The position numbers and the translations under genes were made by a program. Shown here piece by piece: positions 28,296 to 31,947 of a DNA stretch of 31,947 nt. Each line of letters opens with the position of its first letter. The stretch's first letter is position 1. This DNA comes from Spirochaetaceae bacterium (GTDB lineage Bacteria > Spirochaetota > Spirochaetia > Treponematales > Rectinemataceae). Under the pieces are notes generated by a model. The model did no database searches. It saw nothing but the letters and a program-made list of their open reading frames with translations, and was not told the origin of the DNA. The stretch spans positions 1 through 31,947 of the forward strand of contig JAEUJG010000409.1 in assembly GCA_016794765.1 (NCBI GenBank), written 5' to 3'.

Positions 28296-28342
28296 CGCTC
28301 CGGGATCGCCGCGCGCGCCGCGGGCCCGGGAAAGGAAGTTCC

Positions 28343-28426
28343 ATGATCCACGCCCGAAGGCCGTATCACCCCTTGTCCTTGTTCGCCGTCAACAATACCA
28401 ACTCCAACAATCCCCGTCCGGCCTAG
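28343..28426 (+). CDS. Asn-rich leader peptide 2 (27 aa: MIHARRPYHPLSLFAVNNTNSNNPRPA)
   Basis: GAAAGGAAG RBS; 5 Asn among codons 17-23. The stop lies inside the 5' strand of antiterminator 2. Confidence 0.85.
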   Translation: MIHARRPYHPLSLFAVNNTNSNNPRPA

Positions 28427-28453
28427 CGTCTTCGAACCGTGATCGAAGCGTCG

Positions 28454-28482
28454 GGCCGGCCATTGCGCCGGCCTTTTTCTTT
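28454..28482 (+). terminator. Attenuator 2 terminator
   Basis: GGCCGGC/GCCGGCC 7-bp stem, 6-nt loop, TTTTTCTTT. Its 5' arm can instead pair with CCGGCCT at 28418-28424. Confidence 0.88.
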
Positions 28483-28530
28483 GCCCGCGCGGCCCCGTCG
28501 GGACCGCCGGAGCGACCCCAGGAGCGAACG

Positions 28531-29814
28531 ATGATCATCCATACGACACGATTGAAAGAGCGGGTCGGCGGCGAGGCGAGCCTCCGCGGTTGGCTCGTCT
28601 CCAAGCAAGCGAGGGGGCAGGTCGCCTTCCTGACCTTGCGCGACGGCGAGGGCACCGCCCAGCTCGTCTGCGAGCGCGCCGCCCTCGGCGACGAGGCCTT
28701 CGAGGCGCTCAAGGCCCTGCCGCTCGAGGCGCCGATCCTCGCGACTGGCCTCGTCCGCCTGCCCGAGGGCCGAGATCGACCGGAGCTCGCGCTCCGCGAA
28801 CTCGAGGCCGGGCCCTCGGCGCCCGACTGGCCGATCGGCCGCAAGGAGCACGGTCCCGATTTCCTCATGGAGCGGCGCCATCTCTGGATCCGCGCGCCCC
28901 GGCAGGCGGCCATCCTCCGGATCCGGAGCAGCCTCGAGTTCGCCTGCGTCGAGTTCCTCCACCGCGAGGGCTTCCACCGCTTCGACGCGCCCCTCGTCAC
29001 GCCGACCGCCTGCGAGGGCACGACGGAGCTCTTCGAGCTCGACTACTTCGGCAAGGCGGCCTACCTCTCGCAGAGCGCCCAGCTCTACGCGGAGGCGGGC
29101 ATCGCGGCCCTGGAGCGCGTGTACAGCCTGGGCCCCTGCTTCCGCGCGGAGAAGTCCGTGACGCGGCGCCACCTCACCGAGTTCTGGGGCGTGGAGCCCG
29201 AGATGGCCCATGTCGACGCGGTGGGCAACATGGCCTTCCAGGAGCGCTTCATCCGCGCCGTCCTCCGGAAGGTCGCGGAGGAGCGGGAGGGGGACCTCGC
29301 CTTCCTCGGGCGCGATCCCGAGAGCCTCGTCTTCGGTCCCGAGCCCTTTCCTGTCCTCCTCTACGACGAGGTTCTCGAGCGCCTGTCGCGCCAGGGCCGC
29401 GAGGTACCCTGGGGCGAGGATCTTTCCGTCGAGGACGAGGAGGCCCTGGCCGCGGGCTTCGCGACGCCCTTCTTCGTCTACAAGTATCCGGTGAAGTGCC
29501 GCGCCTTCTACATCGAGCCCGACCCCGCGGACCCGCGCCTGGCCCTCTCGAGCGACTGCCTGGCGCCCGGCCTCGGCGAGATCATCACGGGCGGCCAGCG
29601 GGCGAGCGACCACGACTTCCTGAAATCGCGCATCGTCGAGCACGGCCTCTCGCTCGATGACTTCGCCTGGTACCTCGACCTGCGGCGCTACGGCTCCGTG
29701 ACGCACTCGGGCTTCGGCATGGGGATCGAGCGCATGCTCCGCTTTGTCTGCGGCCTCCGCCACATCAGGGAGGCGATCCCCTTCGCGCGCACGCCCCAGC
29801 GCATCGCGCCCTGA
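28531..29814 (+). CDS. asnS: Asparagine-tRNA ligase (Bacillus/Thermus/archaeal-like subtype)
   Basis: OB-fold N-terminus (LRGW, FLTLRDG), RHLWIR, YLSQSAQLY, motif 2 FRAEKSVTRRHLTEFW and motif 3 HSGFGMGIER. AGGAG RBS before ATG 28531. Confidence 0.93.
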   Translation: MIIHTTRLKERVGGEASLRGWLVSKQARGQVAFLTLRDGEGTAQLVCERAALGDEAFEALKALPLEAPILATGLVRLPEGRDRPELALRELEAGPSAPDWPIGRKEHGPDFLMERRHLWIRAPRQAAILRIRSSLEFACVEFLHREGFHRFDAPLVTPTACEGTTELFELDYFGKAAYLSQSAQLYAEAGIAALERVYSLGPCFRAEKSVTRRHLTEFWGVEPEMAHVDAVGNMAFQERFIRAVLRKVAEEREGDLAFLGRDPESLVFGPEPFPVLLYDEVLERLSRQGREVPWGEDLSVEDEEALAAGFATPFFVYKYPVKCRAFYIEPDPADPRLALSSDCLAPGLGEIITGGQRASDHDFLKSRIVEHGLSLDDFAWYLDLRRYGSVTHSGFGMGIERMLRFVCGLRHIREAIPFARTPQRIAP

Positions 29815-29850
29815 AGCGGGGCGGCGCGGTACGGCCCAGGCGCGGGATCC

Positions 29851-30579
29851 TCAGCGCCGGGTCCTGGCCCGGATGGCCAGGACGCCGGCGCCGAGGGCCA
29901 GGACCGCGAAAGCCCAGGTCTGGAGGAGCGGCGCCGCGGCGGCGGCCAGGTCCGCGCCCCGAAAGAGAAGCCGCGCCGCTTCCACCGCGGCGGCGAAGGG
30001 GAGGACCTTACCGATCGTCGCGAAAAAGCCTCCGGCGGCCGCCGGATCGAAGTAAAGCCCCCCGAAGACGCCGACCGCCGTGACGAGGGCGGAGCCCAAG
30101 CCGGCGATCTGGTTTTCCGTGAAAATGGCGCCCAGGCAGAGGCCGAGGCCGACAAAGCCGAGGGCGGCCGGTAGGAGCGCAACCGCGGCGACCGCAGCCC
30201 CGGCCCCCAGGGGCGCTCCGAAGGCCGCGCCGACCGCGTAGCAGGTCAGGGCCTGGAGGGCCGCGACCGGGAGGAAGGGCAGGGCATAGGCCAGGGCGAA
30301 GTCCCGCGGCTCGAGGGGGGTCGCCAGGAGGCGGCCGAAGAGGCCGCCCGAGCGGTCCCGCGCGAGGAGCATCGCCGAGAACATGACGAGCATCGCGAAG
30401 CTGAAGACGGCGTAGGCGGGCGTCATGAGTTCGATGCGGAACTGTGGGGAGGGGACGTTTTTCCCGAGCGCCGCGAAAAGCGCTAGGAGGGCGCAGGGCA
30501 TCGCCGCGCCGAGCCCCGCGCTCAAGGGGTCCCTCAGGACCTCCGCGAGGTTCCGCCCCGCGAGCGACATCCACCTCAT
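29851..30579 (-). CDS. ABC-2 type exporter permease
   Basis: Six hydrophobic segments, RLLATPL and GLYFD...LPF..AVEAAR patterns. ATGA overlap with the ATPase gene. Confidence 0.88.
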   Translation of the reverse strand: MRWMSLAGRNLAEVLRDPLSAGLGAAMPCALLALFAALGKNVPSPQFRIELMTPAYAVFSFAMLVMFSAMLLARDRSGGLFGRLLATPLEPRDFALAYALPFLPVAALQALTCYAVGAAFGAPLGAGAAVAAVALLPAALGFVGLGLCLGAIFTENQIAGLGSALVTAVGVFGGLYFDPAAAGGFFATIGKVLPFAAAVEAARLLFRGADLAAAAAPLLQTWAFAVLALGAGVLAIRARTRR

Positions 30580-31517
30580 GCCTCGCCTCCCTTCCCGATC
30601 GCGGCGAGGTAGGCCTCGCCGATGCTCGCCTCCCCGACGGAGAAGCCCCGCGGGACCGCCCCCGCCGCCCTGGCCCGGTCGAGGAGCTCGAGGCCGGCGG
30701 CCTCCCCTCCTTCGAGCAGGAGCCGCGCGCCCTCGGCCCGCAGCCCGGGGAAGGCGCCCGCGAGGATTGTCGCGAGCCGCGCGGCCTCCCCTTCGCCCGA
30801 GAGTTCGAGGCGGACGCGACCGCCTCCGCCCGCGCGGCGCCGCATGCCCGCGGGGCTGTCCTCAAGGACGACCCGGCCGTCCACCACGACGGCGACGCGG
30901 TCGGCGAGGGCTTCGGCCTCTTCGAGATAGTGGGTGGTGAGGATCACGGTCTTTTCGCCCTTCGTCGAAGCGATTACTCGCCAAAGTTCCGCGCGCGCCT
31001 CCGGGTCGAGCCCGAGGCTCGGTTCGTCGAGGAAGAGGAGGGGCGGGTCGGCGACGAGGGCCATCGCGATCGAGAGGCGGCGCGTGAGGCCCCCCGAGAG
31101 CGCGGCGGCCCGGTCTCCGGCGCGGTCCACGAGGCCGAGGGCCGCGAGGCAACTTTCGGCGCGGGCCTTCGCGTCCCTGCCGCGAAGGCCGTAGGCTCCC
31201 GCGACGAGGAGGAGGTTTTCCATCGCGGTGAGCCGTCCCGCGACCGCGTTCTCCTGCGGCGAGAGGCCGACGAGGGCGCGGACAGCGCGGGCCTCCCTCA
31301 GGGCGTCGTGTCCGAGCACCGTGACGCCGCCCGAGTCGGGGCGCGCGAGGGCGGCGAGAATCCGTACCGTCGTCGTCTTCCCCGCGCCGTTGGGCCCGAG
31401 GATGCCGAAGACCCCGCCGCGCGGAATCGAGAGATCCAGCCCGCGCAGGGCTTTTCTCCGTCCGAAACTCTTTTCGAGGCCGCGGGCCGTTACGGCCGCG
31501 TCTCCCATGCCTTCCAT
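30576..31517 (-). CDS. ABC exporter ATP-binding protein (DrrA-like)
   Basis: Walker A GPNGAGKTT, signature LSGG, Walker B LFLDEPSLGLD, H-loop LTTHYLEEAE. GGAAGGAG RBS before ATG 31517. Confidence 0.93.
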   Translation of the reverse strand: MEGMGDAAVTARGLEKSFGRRKALRGLDLSIPRGGVFGILGPNGAGKTTTVRILAALARPDSGGVTVLGHDALREARAVRALVGLSPQENAVAGRLTAMENLLLVAGAYGLRGRDAKARAESCLAALGLVDRAGDRAAALSGGLTRRLSIAMALVADPPLLFLDEPSLGLDPEARAELWRVIASTKGEKTVILTTHYLEEAEALADRVAVVVDGRVVLEDSPAGMRRRAGGGGRVRLELSGEGEAARLATILAGAFPGLRAEGARLLLEGGEAAGLELLDRARAAGAVPRGFSVGEASIGEAYLAAIGKGGEA

Positions 31518-31653
31518 GTCCGCTCCTTCCGGGCCGTTTGTCGCCCGCCGCGGCAAATCTAGCCCGGACCGCGACCCGGAGCCCATGGAAAGAAGCTACC
31601 GAAAGGCGCTCCAAAGCCTGGTAGTTTCGTACCAAACGGCCCCAAAGCGGCGC

Positions 31654-31682
31654 TTGCGCCCAAGCTCCGCCCAGCGTAACCT
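31654..31682 (+). promoter_or_regulatory. Putative promoter, leaderless arrangement
   Basis: TTGCGC-17 nt-TAACCT-7 nt-GTG 31690. No SD sequence. Confidence 0.5.
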
Positions 31683-31689
31683 AGACTCC

Positions 31690-31947
31690 GTGCAACACAT
31701 CGCACTTGCCGCCGTTCTCGCCGCCTTCGGGACGAGCCTCGCGACCCTAGGCCTCTTTCTCGGCCTGTATCGCTCAGGCCGCTCGCCCCTCATCCGCTCC
31801 TACCTTGTCTATCTCGCCTGCGGGCTGTTCCAGCTTTTCGCGACCCTCGTGGGCCTCTACCTGTCGGCGGTCGGCTCCGCCCTGGAGCCCGACGGTCTTT
31901 CCCACGCCTTTTATTTCACCGAGGTCCTGGCCTCGGGGGTCCTGACC
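31690..31947 (+). CDS. Membrane protein N-terminus, 3'-truncated by the window edge; absent from the ORF track
   Basis: Open frame MQHIALAAVLAAFGTSLATLGLFLGLYRSGRSPLIRSYLVYLACGLFQLFATLVGLYL... with 2-3 TM segments, running off the window. Confidence 0.65.
   Translation, partial: MQHIALAAVLAAFGTSLATLGLFLGLYRSGRSPLIRSYLVYLACGLFQLFATLVGLYLSAVGSALEPDGLSHAFYFTEVLASGVLT

Noticed and set aside
28216-28530. ORF-track N-terminal extension of asnS (105 extra residues) and of the divergent gene to 28344
   Set aside because: AsnRS homology and an SD begin at 28531, and the divergent gene has its SD before 28092. The extensions cross two terminators and the leader uORFs.
31596-31793. 65-aa minus-strand ORF upstream of the ABC ATPase
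   Set aside because: It overlaps the better-supported plus-strand membrane-protein gene and its promoter, and has no recognisable features.

Overview
A GC-rich bacterial chromosomal window, most likely from a free-living spirochaete (enolase, CheR/CheB, MCP and two spirochaete-type hypothetical proteins point that way; this is inference). It carries about 30 ordinary genes: acyl-CoA ligase (partial), an MCP, DJ-1/PfpI, a C69 peptidase, two GNATs, manC, a Na/Pi cotransporter, PAP2, purF-M-N-D, a beta-barrel OMP, cheR-cheB, nifU, parA-parB, eno, a GGDEF protein, asnS and an ABC-2 exporter. I found no mobile element, CRISPR array, rRNA or tRNA. The standout is the 400-bp region upstream of asnS (28123-28530), which the ORF track misses. 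A near-consensus sigma70 promoter is followed by two consecutive 27-codon Asn-rich leader peptides. Each is coupled to its own antiterminator/terminator switch, so this looks like a tandem, ribosome-mediated asparagine-sensing attenuator. Secondary observations: several apparently leaderless genes, an MCP whose DFETF C-terminal pentapeptide is out of frame, and two genes that appear to need non-canonical (ATA/ATC) starts. Promoters and RNA structures were read by eye, not computed.
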